64,000 nucleotides of DNA from a virus: IMG/VR virus record IMGVR_UViG_3300037247_000703, positions 1-64,000 of that record; one strand, written 5' to 3'. Position numbers and translations under genes: made by a program. A model generated the notes under the pieces. The model searched no databases. It was not told where the DNA came from and worked only from the letters and a program-made list of their open reading frames with translations. Numbering within the stretch: position 1 is the first letter of the stretch; each line of letters begins with the position of its first letter. Shown here piece by piece: positions 1-8,989 of the stretch.

Positions 1-291
1 GAAATGAAACACGAGCGTCATCTTCGAATCCGAGCTCGTGCCCCCGAGCACCTGTCGCACCGCCTCGAAAACACCGTCTTCGATCTGGCACCGCAGGCGC
101 ACGCACGTCTCTTCGCGCAGTGCTTCGCCCTTCACGTCGTCGGCGTCGGCCTTGATGATGATCGGCTCGCGGAAGTCGAGATCGTAGCCGCTCGTCTCCG
201 GGCCGGGGCCGTCAGGATCTTTCGCCATCGCCACCGTATCGAGCTGGGCCAGATCAACAATGAACGGAAATATTAGTCTTCCGCGCGACAC
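1..291 (-). CDS. Partial virion neck/head-closure-like protein (runs off the window edge)
   Basis: GTG immediately after the stop of 292..1365; frame open to position 1 (MSRGRLIFPFIVDLAQLDT...SGYDLDFREPII...); position after the head-tail adaptor. Not in the ORF track because it is truncated. Confidence 0.6.
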   Translation of the reverse strand, partial: MSRGRLIFPFIVDLAQLDTVAMAKDPDGPGPETSGYDLDFREPIIIKADADDVKGEALREETCVRLRCQIEDGVFEAVRQVLGGTSSDSKMTLVFHF

Positions 292-1365
292 CTACGTCGC
301 CCCGAGCTGAATGGGGCGCGTGTAACGGGCGAGGATCGTATCGATTTCCGGGTCACCCGTGAACGCACCGATCGCGGCGCCGCGTCCAGACGGGATCGCC
401 CATTTGGTTTGCTGATCGCGAGTGCGCAGCTCGGTCAATCGCCATGCGTTGAGTGTATCTTGCCGCTTGTCGGCATCGAGCAAGCTCGGCGCATTCCGCA
501 TCACGAGCAACTTCGTCGCCTGCTCGATCAACGGGGGCACGACGCCGATCGGGCCGGGCGGATCGGTGAATCCAAACACACCGTCGACGATGATATTCTG
601 TCGACCGCGCGTCCAAACGAAGTCGTGCAGGAACGTGACCGAGCCGGCAGGAAGGTTCGCCGTGCTGTGGAAGAAAAACTCAACCTTCGGATTGTCGCGG
701 TCATCCGGGTCGAGCAGCCCTTCGGACAGGTGCCGGTTGTAGACACGGATCGAATCAGGATCGACTTTCTTGTCGGACGGCTCGAACGAGGCGAGCACGA
801 TGCTGATATCGGCGAGAGCGATGATCGCCTCGTTGAGCAACAGTCCGCGCGCGCCATTGCCGTCGACCTGAACTGTCTTGGCCTCTGGCTGAAAGAACCG
901 GCCAGTGTACATGTCGACGTAGGCCGACGCGAGCACGATCAGATCCCGCAAGGCGCCCGCCTTGATCTTCGACGCCTTCACGCCTGCGGCGCGCATCGCC
1001 GCGACGGTTGTATACGCATGCGCGAGCGGATTGCTCACCGAGCCCAACACCTCGAACTCTTGCTTGAACGTTTGGTCGGCGCCGGCCGGCGTAAATTTGA
1101 ACGTCCATTCGACGAACCAAATTCCGAGCGGCGTGGCCGTGACGAATGGTGCGACATAGCGCCCGGTTCCAAGCCGCATGCCGGTCGGGCAGTCGAGTAT
1201 GTCGATCGCCGTCGGCGCGACGACTTCGGTGCCGGCCGAATCAACGATGCGGAACGTGCCGCTGTCAATGTCTTTCAGGAACCCATCAACCGGATCGACC
1301 GCGAGCAATTGCAGCGCAGGGAGCGCACAACTGCTATCCGTTCCGACTGCAAGCGCGACAGGCAT
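292..1365 (-). CDS. Head-tail adaptor/connector-like protein with N-terminal Ig-like extension
   Basis: C-terminal half has adaptor-type features (YTTVAAMR...ASAYVDMYTGRFF...GFTD..VPPLIEQATKLLV); located downstream of the capsid gene. Confidence 0.65.
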   Translation of the reverse strand: MPVALAVGTDSSCALPALQLLAVDPVDGFLKDIDSGTFRIVDSAGTEVVAPTAIDILDCPTGMRLGTGRYVAPFVTATPLGIWFVEWTFKFTPAGADQTFKQEFEVLGSVSNPLAHAYTTVAAMRAAGVKASKIKAGALRDLIVLASAYVDMYTGRFFQPEAKTVQVDGNGARGLLLNEAIIALADISIVLASFEPSDKKVDPDSIRVYNRHLSEGLLDPDDRDNPKVEFFFHSTANLPAGSVTFLHDFVWTRGRQNIIVDGVFGFTDPPGPIGVVPPLIEQATKLLVMRNAPSLLDADKRQDTLNAWRLTELRTRDQQTKWAIPSGRGAAIGAFTGDPEIDTILARYTRPIQLGAT

Positions 1366-1393
1366 ACCCGAAGGCTACCATGCACCGCCGACG

Positions 1394-1864
1394 CTACTGG
1401 AAGGCGGGATCATCGTCAGCGGCGGACTTGTCGCCGCCGCCGCTTGCCGCCGCCGGCTCGTCTTCGTCACCGGCTTTGCCCTCGGCTCGCCTCTTCGTTT
1501 CGGTCGCACGTTCGAGATTGGCCTTCGCGCGCTCGGCGCGGGCTTCCTTGGCCGCATCGCTTTCGAGATCAGCGGTCGTGAGCGAACCCACGAACTCGGG
1601 GTTCTTGACCGTGGCTTCCTTCTCGGCCTCTTGCTCGGCCACGTATTGCGCCTCGGCCTCTTTCTGCGAGTCGAACAGGTCGAAGGCCAGCGGCGAATCC
1701 TCGGGATGGTCAGGACGCGAATGGACCTTCGACAGCTTCTCGGCTATCGCATCGCCGACGTGGTACCAGCGATTCGCCATGAACTTCTGATTGCCGAGAA
1801 CGTACCGGCGCAGCACGTATCCCTTGCGCGGGTTGTAGGGCTTGAGTCGAACCACTTTCGGCAT
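1394..1864 (-). CDS. Hypothetical head-region protein
   Basis: AAAGG RBS-like site; co-oriented in the structural operon; acidic C-terminus. Confidence 0.7.
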   Translation of the reverse strand: MPKVVRLKPYNPRKGYVLRRYVLGNQKFMANRWYHVGDAIAEKLSKVHSRPDHPEDSPLAFDLFDSQKEAEAQYVAEQEAEKEATVKNPEFVGSLTTADLESDAAKEARAERAKANLERATETKRRAEGKAGDEDEPAAASGGGDKSAADDDPAFQ

Positions 1865-1894
1865 CGTCGTCGCCTTTCTAGTTGGCTAGTTCGT

Positions 1895-2137
1895 CTAGCC
1901 CTTGATCGTGAGCAAGCTGCCGCCTGCAATCGCGTTGAGCGCGGTTTTGATCTCATTGACCAAGGTAATCGCGGTAGGGAGATCCGAGGCGTTGGCAGAC
2001 GCAATCGTAGCGACCTTGAGCAGCACGAGATCGTCGGCGATATCGCGCAAGGTACCGGCCAGCGTCGGCGCACCCTGCGCTTCGTTCGGCGCGAGATTCG
2101 AACCGCCCGAACCGAACTCTGTGGTGATAGTTGCCAT
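1895..2137 (-). CDS. Small structural protein (head fibre/decoration-like)
   Basis: GGGAGAG RBS; Ala-rich with amphipathic C-terminal helix (ITLVNEIKTALNAI); located after the capsid gene. Confidence 0.65.
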   Translation of the reverse strand: MATITTEFGSGGSNLAPNEAQGAPTLAGTLRDIADDLVLLKVATIASANASDLPTAITLVNEIKTALNAIAGGSLLTIKG

Positions 2138-2196
2138 CGTGTCTCTCCCTGGCTAGTGCCCGGTATCCGTGATCGTCTCCGTCTCGCGCCGCGAGG

Positions 2197-2517
2197 CTAC
2201 TTGCCGATGACGAGCAGCTCAAACGTGATGCCCGACAGGTCCACGGCGCCCGCGACTTCGGCGCCGGTCGACATGAGCTGAACGAGCAGCTTGTCGTTGG
2301 TCTTGTCGTAGCGCGCGACGTGATCGCTGTTGTTCTGCTGCACGACCGCCTCGATCGTGACGCCGGTCACCCCGAGCTTTGCCGCGACGAGCGCGGCGAA
2401 GCCGGCGGTGCCGCCGGTCGGATAGCTGTCGTCGCCCAGAAACGAAATCCGGGCCATCGAGAGCGGGCCGCCCTTGCGGCCGATCTCGTTATCTACGGTG
2501 ATTGCTCCGAGTGACAT
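2197..2517 (-). CDS. Putative capsid decoration/cement protein
   Basis: AGGAGA RBS; directly downstream of the major capsid gene; DSYPTGG motif; beta-rich. Confidence 0.6.
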   Translation of the reverse strand: MSLGAITVDNEIGRKGGPLSMARISFLGDDSYPTGGTAGFAALVAAKLGVTGVTIEAVVQQNNSDHVARYDKTNDKLLVQLMSTGAEVAGAVDLSGITFELLVIGK

Positions 2518-2576
2518 AGCTTGTCTCCTAGCTTGAGCTGCCTTAGTTGTGCTCCGTGTGCTGAACTTTGCCGCTA

Positions 2577-3530
2577 CTAGGCGACGAGAACGTTGATGCC
2601 CTTGACGACGGCGGTTTCCTCGGCGTACTTCACGTCGAAACGCATCGTCGCGACGATGATCAGCACGCCCTCGGAGACGAGCTTGTCGGTTTCGATGCGG
2701 ATCTGACGCCAGATGCCGACGTTGATGTTCTTGGGATCGACGAGCAAGGTGTTCGTCGAGTCGTTGCCGCCGCCGAGATCCTCGGGGAACAGCGGCACAT
2801 CGATGATCGGGATGCCCGACCAGTTGACCGGCGTGTCTTGCTCCAAGAACTTGTCACCGAGAACCGTGCCGCGGTCGGCGAGGAAGTCGCGGTAGTCGAT
2901 CTCCGAGTCGATCGACGTGAAAAAGCGCATCGCGCGCTTCGTGCGCAAGAACTCGCTCGGCATCGCCTTGAGCATGTTCTTGAACAGCGTCTTGTTCGTG
3001 CGCGTGGTCGAGTGGTCGACCACGTTCGACGTCGCTTGCTTCAGGATGCCGTCGAGCACCGCGAGGAAGGTGTCCGCGCTCGCGGTATCACCTTGGATGA
3101 TGACTTCATCCATGTCGCGCGAGATCGCCTCGCCCATCAGCGTCATGATGGTCTGACGCAGGGTGCCGCCCTCGATGGAGTCTTCCAACACTTCGTTGTT
3201 CAGGCGGATTTCCGCCTTGAACAACTCAGCGTCCAGCTCCGTCTGCGTCAGATCCGGCTTCGCGCGGTCGGTCGCCGCGAGCGCTGTGGCCTCCTGCCCG
3301 GCGCGCAGCACGCGCGAGGCGAAGCGGATCTTGTTGATCTCTTGCTTGTGCGACTTCATCGGCACAACGGTCGCTTGGTTCATGATGACGGATTCGTTGA
3401 TCAGAATCCGCATGAACTTCTTGGCCTGCGCCGGGGCGAGAAGGCCGCCGTCAGTCGTCAGATCCGACAGCGCGAGATCCGCCTTCTGCAAGATGGTCTT
3501 GTTGTCCATGACGTGTGCGAGCTGCGACAT
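2577..3530 (-). CDS. Major capsid protein (HK97 fold)
   Basis: GGAGGAG RBS; N-terminal [12 protein letters not shown]; E-loop/backbone helix region ([13 protein letters not shown]...DGILK); C-terminal TMRFD; 317 aa. Confidence 0.9.
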   Translation of the reverse strand: MSQLAHVMDNKTILQKADLALSDLTTDGGLLAPAQAKKFMRILINESVIMNQATVVPMKSHKQEINKIRFASRVLRAGQEATALAATDRAKPDLTQTELDAELFKAEIRLNNEVLEDSIEGGTLRQTIMTLMGEAISRDMDEVIIQGDTASADTFLAVLDGILKQATSNVVDHSTTRTNKTLFKNMLKAMPSEFLRTKRAMRFFTSIDSEIDYRDFLADRGTVLGDKFLEQDTPVNWSGIPIIDVPLFPEDLGGGNDSTNTLLVDPKNINVGIWRQIRIETDKLVSEGVLIIVATMRFDVKYAEETAVVKGINVLVA

Positions 3531-3548
3531 TCTGACTCCTCCGGTTTT

Positions 3549-4730
3549 TTAGCGGTCGAAGAATGAACGATGTGTTGGGGTGTTTTTTCGGGTCTGTTCC
3601 CGATTCAGGTCCATCGGCCAAGTCGTATCGTCATCGTCCGACCGCTGGCCCTTTTCTACCGGCAACGCGTTGGAGGTAACGCCCCTGCGCTTGCCCTTCC
3701 TGACACCTTGACGAAGTTTGCGCTCGTGACCCTCGACCTCTTTCGTGAGCTTCGTGACCGTACTGACAAGACTGTCAATCTTGGCCGCCGTCGCTTTGTC
3801 GAGTTTCGCTGTCCGATCGCCGCCGTCGTCGCCCTTCTTCTTCTCGGATTTGCCTGCACCCTCTTTCACTGCCGGGGCAAGCGAGTCTCGCAACGCGAGC
3901 AAAATTTCGACCGCTTCTTTCAACTTGTTAAAGCGGGCCGCTGACATTTTTGCGCCGGCCTTCTTCGTGCCGGTCGGGGCCTTGTCGGCCTTGCTGTATG
4001 ACGTCTTCGCCTTCCGCAAGTCGGCGATCGCCGCATCGGTCTTCTCGATGGCAACCCGCTCGTCGTCGACGTTCTTCATCGCTTCGGCGATGTTGGCGTT
4101 TGCCGCCTTGAGCGACGTCTTGAAATCGTCGTGGCCCGCCTTCGATGCGTCCGTCTTCTCTGCCGCTTCCTCTGCACGCTCGCGCAGTGCGGCCGGAAGC
4201 AACTTGTCGAGCGGGTCATCGGGATCGATCGAAGGCTTGGCGCCGAACTTGAGCTGCGCCTCGACGATGCGCGTGTGCACCACGCGCTTCGAGCTGTCGT
4301 TCTCGTAGTTGTCGGCGAACTGTTTGAACCGGGTGCGTGCGTTGTTGGCGCGGCCAGCCGTGTCGACCGGGAACTTCAGGTTAACCGGATCGGCATACAG
4401 GCTGAGCTTCGTCGGAAAGTTCGCCGGGAACGACAGGTTGCTGTTCGCTTCCAGTACTTCGACGCCGAACTTGCTCGAACGCTCCTGCCGCAGCTCGCGA
4501 AGCTCGTCATTCGTCGCGCCTTCGCGCGGCGCCTGCTTTGCTTCAGCCTTCGCAGTGACGAGATTGCCATCGTCATCCAAGACGATCTCGCCCTCGACCG
4601 TGCCGGACGTGTCACGCTTGACGATCAGAAACGGCTGCAAGTTCGCCGGACGATCCACGAGCGAAACTTCTTCGACCACGATTTCCGTGAGTCGATGAAC
4701 TTGCTCGTCGTCTTGCTTCGTTTTCGTCAT
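3549..4730 (-). CDS. Scaffold-like protein with an N-terminal prohead-protease strand ([10 protein letters not shown]) and a DUF6582-like domain
   Basis: [18 protein letters not shown] at the N-terminus; [13 protein letters not shown]...ANNARTRF motif; charged coiled-coil C-terminus; directly upstream of the capsid gene. Confidence 0.75.
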   Translation of the reverse strand: MTKTKQDDEQVHRLTEIVVEEVSLVDRPANLQPFLIVKRDTSGTVEGEIVLDDDGNLVTAKAEAKQAPREGATNDELRELRQERSSKFGVEVLEANSNLSFPANFPTKLSLYADPVNLKFPVDTAGRANNARTRFKQFADNYENDSSKRVVHTRIVEAQLKFGAKPSIDPDDPLDKLLPAALRERAEEAAEKTDASKAGHDDFKTSLKAANANIAEAMKNVDDERVAIEKTDAAIADLRKAKTSYSKADKAPTGTKKAGAKMSAARFNKLKEAVEILLALRDSLAPAVKEGAGKSEKKKGDDGGDRTAKLDKATAAKIDSLVSTVTKLTKEVEGHERKLRQGVRKGKRRGVTSNALPVEKGQRSDDDDTTWPMDLNREQTRKNTPTHRSFFDR

Positions 4731-4745
4731 CTCCGTTGCGCTAAC

Positions 4746-4775
4746 AGTCTGGACGCTATCTCACACCTCTGTCAA
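4746..4775 (-). promoter_or_regulatory. Putative promoter for the scaffold/capsid genes
   Basis: TTGACA (4775-4770), 18-nt spacer, CAGACT (4751-4746) in the 47-nt intergenic gap. Confidence 0.45.
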
Positions 4776-4777
4776 TA

Positions 4778-7700
4778 CTACTCAGGTCGCCGAATCGCGG
4801 AACCTCCGATACTGAACCCGGTGAAGTCCCCCGCTTTCACGTCCTTCCACAGAGCATCCGATAGCACTCTGACAGCGAGCAGCCATGTACCGGCCTTGAT
4901 GACCCGCTCGCCGACGGAAAAGTCGGCGGGGGCAAGGAAGGATTCGAGGATCCTGACCTGTTTGGCGAGTTCTGTGTGCTGAATCCCGATGTTCTGGAAT
5001 TCGGCCATGAACTTGTGCGCAGCGGTCCGAACCTCGTCAGCCGAGTAGATATCCTTCTGCGCATCGACCGTCTCGGGTTCGAGGACGATCCCGTACACGA
5101 ATCTTTCTTCTTCGGCCTTCGCGATGATGAACTCGCCAACGCGGTAGCTCTTGGCGATCGCCTTCGCGGTTTCCGCTCGCGCGATTTTCCAGATTGAATC
5201 GGCGTCTTGGCCCTCGATCGTGAACACCCCCCGGAGCTTCGCGCCTTCGAAGCGAACCTTCATGCCGTCTTCAGTCTTGTCAACTACGACGGCGCGACCG
5301 CGGTCAGCAATCCAGATCGCCGAATCCCCGCTCGAATCATTCATCGGCTCGCCGCCGATCGATCCGCCGGCCTCGACGCCTCCGTCGAAATCGAGCAAAA
5401 CCTTCGAAGATCGATTGCGCTGAATACCGGCGACAGCGGCCTTGCCGATCGGGCTCGCTTGCAGCGTCCATCCGTCGAGCCCCTCGCCGTGCCGATCAAT
5501 GAACAAATGCCAAACGCTCTTGCCGTCTTTCCAGACCTGTTGCGACAGCGTGAACTGGCGCTGTTGATCGAGCGTGGCTTCTTCGATCGCAACTGACTGC
5601 ACGCCCTTGACGACGAAGTTCGACACGAAGACAAGGTTCGCGGTCGAGCACTTCTGAATCGTGAACGGCCTGCCGAACCGCGAGAAGGCGATGCGCGAAC
5701 CGAGCGAATCGGGCGCGGCGATCAGGATCGGCAGTTCGAGCGCAGCGGATTTCCGAACGAGCGAGTCAGCCGTTTCCTTTCCGTCTTGAAGCCAGCGTTT
5801 CGTCACGGCGGGATCGAGAACGATGACCGAATCGGGAAATTCCTTGGCATCGTCCGCGGTCGGGAACGCATCGTCGATCGACCACATCGCACAGCCGCGC
5901 TTGACGATGATCGCGATCACTTCCGCAAATGACTGCGGTCGCGCGAACTCGGCGTCGGCGTCAGGCTGGTCAGGCGAGATAAACCGCTTCGTCAGGATGC
6001 GCGTCAATTGATCGTTGACGACGGCCACATTCTCGCTAGTAAAAAATCCCGACTCGACGAGCGCATCCCGAACTCCTCGCGCACGATCGCCAGCCTTCCA
6101 GTAGCGATAGGCAGGGGGGACCGCGGTTTCGAGCGAGGCCGGCAGACCCGAACCGCTGGCCGGCATTCGCTTCGCCATCACCGCGCCCCACGTCAATACG
6201 TCGGGCAGTCCCTTCGAGAATTGCTCGATTTGGTCTAGCCGATCTTCGGCTTCGCCCTTCGTCGGGAAACATCCGAAATTGCGGCCGGTCGTCTCAGCAA
6301 TGACGCAGTATTCGCCATCTTCGTTTTGCTCGATGCGCTTCTCGGCTTCTTCGCGCTTCTCGGTAACTTCGAAGCGGTCGCGCATTTTGACGACAAGATC
6401 AGCGATCTCGACATGTGGCCGACTGAGATCGGGCGGGCCGCCCAGAATCTTCACGCCCTTCGCGGCATCCGCGCTGAGCATCTGCGCGATCGCTGCCTCG
6501 GCAGACTTGCGCAAGTCGCCCCCGGCGTGCACGTAGAGATTCCCATCCTGCAACACGATGACGGCCTTCTCGGCATCGAAGCTGCGCAGGCCGGCGAGCG
6601 TATCGCCCTTGGCCGCCACTCGCGCCAGCTCGCTCGCTGGCGGGACTTCCGGGTTGCCCTCCTGCGACGGCTCACCCTGCAACCGCCAGAACTCGCGCGG
6701 CGTGAGCGACGTGAGCACGCGCCCTTCGGGGGTCACGACTCGATGCGTGTGACCACCGTCGAATGCGGTCGTCTCGACCTGCATCTCGTGATCGTGGAAT
6801 CCCTCGATCTCGGTGCGTAGCTCGGTGCCGTCGGGAAGCACGAGCGCATGAACGTGCTCACCGTCCCATCCGATGTGCTCGCTGTCTTCGTCGTGAGAAA
6901 ATATCTTGTGCTCGTGCTCGCCGTCTTCGTTCGTCACAACGAGCGTGCCATCGGGCAACACGAACAGGTGGGTGTGCGCGCCGTCGAACTTCGTGCTGCT
7001 GTTGTCGCGATCAATCGCGTGAACGTGAATGCCCGCCTCGGCGTTGCCGCTCGGGAATCCTTTGACCATCGAGTTCGCGCTAAAATCTTCTTCGAGCGCC
7101 TTGAGCGCCTGTTCGCTGATCTCGTAGTTCGAGATCAGCAGATGCACGAACGGCTTGCCGTCAGACCGGGGCGCCGTGTGCCGACTCTCGATCTTTTTGA
7201 CGTGAAATCCGGTCGTGTCGATCTCGGATTTGGCCGTATAGGTGACAAGGAACTTGCCCTTGATCTCCTTGAGCGCCTCGACGAACTCTTCTTCGTCGAA
7301 CGCGTTTTCGCCGACCATCGCGTCGTGGCCGACGTAAGGCGGATCGAGAAAGAAAAACGCATCTTCAGCGTCGTACTTCTTCACCGTGTCGAGATAACTG
7401 CCGGTCAAAACCTCGACGTCTTTCAGGCGATCGCGGAACTTCTCGATCCGTTTCGTGGATGTAAGCCGCGAGCCTTCCTGCGCCGGGTTAAACCCCGCGC
7501 GCGCCTCGCTGCCGGCCACTCCCCCGAACGCGAATCCCGACACGTACAGAAAACGGTGCAGCCGGTCGACCTTGTCGACCGGCTGCTCGCTTGTTCGCAA
7601 TGACGAGTAGAGATCCTTGCTGCCGATCCATTCCTTTTTTTCGAGCTGCTCGAATTCGTCGTCGGTCAGGGTCTGAATCGCCTTGAATGCGAAGGTGATC

Positions 7701-7897
7701 TCCGGGTCAATGTCGTTGATGACCTCGACCTCGGAGGCATCCTTCGCGAACAAGACTGCCGCGGACCCCGCGAACGGTTCGACGTACACCCTGTGTTCGG
7801 GGATGATCGCCGCGAGCGTTTTCGCAAGACGCTTCTTCCCCGCCGGGGAAGACCAGATCGTTTTACCGATCTGGCCGATGTGGTCGGGGAAGGGCAT
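4778..7897 (-). CDS. Polyprotein: Dam-like N6-adenine methyltransferase + His-repeat domain + degenerate LigD-phosphoesterase-like domain + XkdF-like prohead protease
   Basis: YVEPFAGSAAV, INDID and FFLDPPY motifs; six G-x-H-x-H repeats; C-terminal ERFVYGIVLEPETVDAQKD...IGIQH...GTWLL...GFSIGG. Confidence 0.85.
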   Translation of the reverse strand: MPFPDHIGQIGKTIWSSPAGKKRLAKTLAAIIPEHRVYVEPFAGSAAVLFAKDASEVEVINDIDPEITFAFKAIQTLTDDEFEQLEKKEWIGSKDLYSSLRTSEQPVDKVDRLHRFLYVSGFAFGGVAGSEARAGFNPAQEGSRLTSTKRIEKFRDRLKDVEVLTGSYLDTVKKYDAEDAFFFLDPPYVGHDAMVGENAFDEEEFVEALKEIKGKFLVTYTAKSEIDTTGFHVKKIESRHTAPRSDGKPFVHLLISNYEISEQALKALEEDFSANSMVKGFPSGNAEAGIHVHAIDRDNSSTKFDGAHTHLFVLPDGTLVVTNEDGEHEHKIFSHDEDSEHIGWDGEHVHALVLPDGTELRTEIEGFHDHEMQVETTAFDGGHTHRVVTPEGRVLTSLTPREFWRLQGEPSQEGNPEVPPASELARVAAKGDTLAGLRSFDAEKAVIVLQDGNLYVHAGGDLRKSAEAAIAQMLSADAAKGVKILGGPPDLSRPHVEIADLVVKMRDRFEVTEKREEAEKRIEQNEDGEYCVIAETTGRNFGCFPTKGEAEDRLDQIEQFSKGLPDVLTWGAVMAKRMPASGSGLPASLETAVPPAYRYWKAGDRARGVRDALVESGFFTSENVAVVNDQLTRILTKRFISPDQPDADAEFARPQSFAEVIAIIVKRGCAMWSIDDAFPTADDAKEFPDSVIVLDPAVTKRWLQDGKETADSLVRKSAALELPILIAAPDSLGSRIAFSRFGRPFTIQKCSTANLVFVSNFVVKGVQSVAIEEATLDQQRQFTLSQQVWKDGKSVWHLFIDRHGEGLDGWTLQASPIGKAAVAGIQRNRSSKVLLDFDGGVEAGGSIGGEPMNDSSGDSAIWIADRGRAVVVDKTEDGMKVRFEGAKLRGVFTIEGQDADSIWKIARAETAKAIAKSYRVGEFIIAKAEEERFVYGIVLEPETVDAQKDIYSADEVRTAAHKFMAEFQNIGIQHTELAKQVRILESFLAPADFSVGERVIKAGTWLLAVRVLSDALWKDVKAGDFTGFSIGGSAIRRPE

Positions 7898-7916
7898 CGT
7901 TCACGGGGCCGGGGGG

Positions 7917-8612
7917 CTAGTGCTGCGTCGAGGCTTCGGGATCCTTGCCCCAATCGTACAGCTCGCGAACTTCGTCGTCGCCGAACGACTTGGCGAGATC
8001 CATCGGCCAGCCCTCGGCCGCGTCAGCGCCAGCCGCCTTCTTCGCGGCAGCGGCCTCTTCTTCGGCCTTCTTTTTGTCGGCGTCTTTCTTTTTGTCGGCG
8101 TCGGCCTTCGCTTTCGCCTTCTCGGCGTCGGTCTGGGCGGCACCCTCGCCCTCGCCTTCGCCTTCGCCCTTGCCTTCTCCTTCGCCGGCACCGGCACCTT
8201 CTCCCTCGCCTTCGCCTTCTCCCTTGCCTTCTCCTTCGCCGGCACCCTCGCCTTCGCCTTCGCCGCCCGCAGCGATTTTGGCGGTCAACTCGGCGACCGT
8301 GGCTTCGAGTCCGGCGACCTTCTTCGCCATGTCGGCCTCGGCCTGCGCGGCTTCGTCGAAGACGGGGATCTCGAACTTGTCCAGCTCCTTCGCGACGAAG
8401 GCGCTGCTCGCGACCGCGATCGACGTTCGCAACGCCGTCAGGCGCGCGATCGCCTTCTCGACCGTGTCGGCCTTCGCCTTCTCGATCTCGCCCGTGGCAT
8501 GCGTTGCGAACTCGTCGGCGGTCATCTCCTTCATGACGAGAGCGGCATCACCCGCATGCCCCTTGAGCACGGTTGCACACGCATCGCTCAGTGACTTGAA
8601 GATTGTTTTCAT
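7917..8612 (-). CDS. Acidic scaffold-like protein with a Gly-Glu repeat linker
   Basis: AGGAG RBS; coiled coil followed by (GE)n tract and a C-terminal WPMDL motif. Confidence 0.75.
   Translation of the reverse strand: MKTIFKSLSDACATVLKGHAGDAALVMKEMTADEFATHATGEIEKAKADTVEKAIARLTALRTSIAVASSAFVAKELDKFEIPVFDEAAQAEADMAKKVAGLEATVAELTAKIAAGGEGEGEGAGEGEGKGEGEGEGEGAGAGEGEGKGEGEGEGEGAAQTDAEKAKAKADADKKKDADKKKAEEEAAAAKKAAGADAAEGWPMDLAKSFGDDEVRELYDWGKDPEASTQH
8142..8266 (-). repeat. Coding low-complexity (GGC GAG/GAA)n repeat encoding GEGEG
   Basis: Tandem CCTTCG/CCCTCG hexamers on the plus strand. Confidence 0.85.
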
Positions 8613-8635
8613 GACTCGGATCTCCTGTTGCGGTT

Positions 8636-8986
8636 TTATCTGCCGTCAGTCGGAACCCAAACAGATCGATCGTCGGGCTCCCAAGATTGGCCGTTCAGCT
8701 CACAGTGCAGATACTCGGGCAGCTTGTCGAGTATCCGCTGAACTCCCCACTGTTTTTCATTGCGCAGGTCACGAAAGATCCGTTCGCAAATCTTGAATCG
8801 ATCGCGGACGTGGCCGGCAGTGAGCTTGCCGCCGCGCACAGGATCGCAATCCTTCGCGAAGCTCTTGGCGATGACGGTGTGAAACCCATTGACTACCTGA
8901 GTCAACACCATCGGGTCGCCCTGTGCAAGTTCGAGGAAGGGCGCAGGGATCTTCACCTGCGGCGCGAGCTGCCGTTTCACCTGCAC
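8636..8986 (-). CDS. Hypothetical protein in the head operon
   Basis: Fills the gap between MuF and the GE-repeat gene; protein-like composition. Confidence 0.65.
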   Translation of the reverse strand: MQVKRQLAPQVKIPAPFLELAQGDPMVLTQVVNGFHTVIAKSFAKDCDPVRGGKLTAGHVRDRFKICERIFRDLRNEKQWGVQRILDKLPEYLHCELNGQSWEPDDRSVWVPTDGR

Positions 8987-8989
8987 ATC

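Noticed and set aside
4730-4780. Stop read-through or frameshift joining the protease to the scaffold
   Set aside because: The ORFs are in different frames with intervening stops and no slippery sequence, and the gap contains its own promoter-like and RBS elements
8142-8266. Possible CRISPR or regulatory repeat array
   Set aside because: No spacers; it is an in-frame Gly-Glu coding repeat. No CRISPR array was seen anywhere in the window.
409-8796. Long plus-strand ORFs (409..1581, 1178..2281, 2568..3566, 4131..4982, 7683..8594, 7945..8796)
   Set aside because: Antisense shadows of real minus-strand genes in GC-rich DNA; no motifs or RBS, unlike the recombinase, which has a full catalytic set and a promoter
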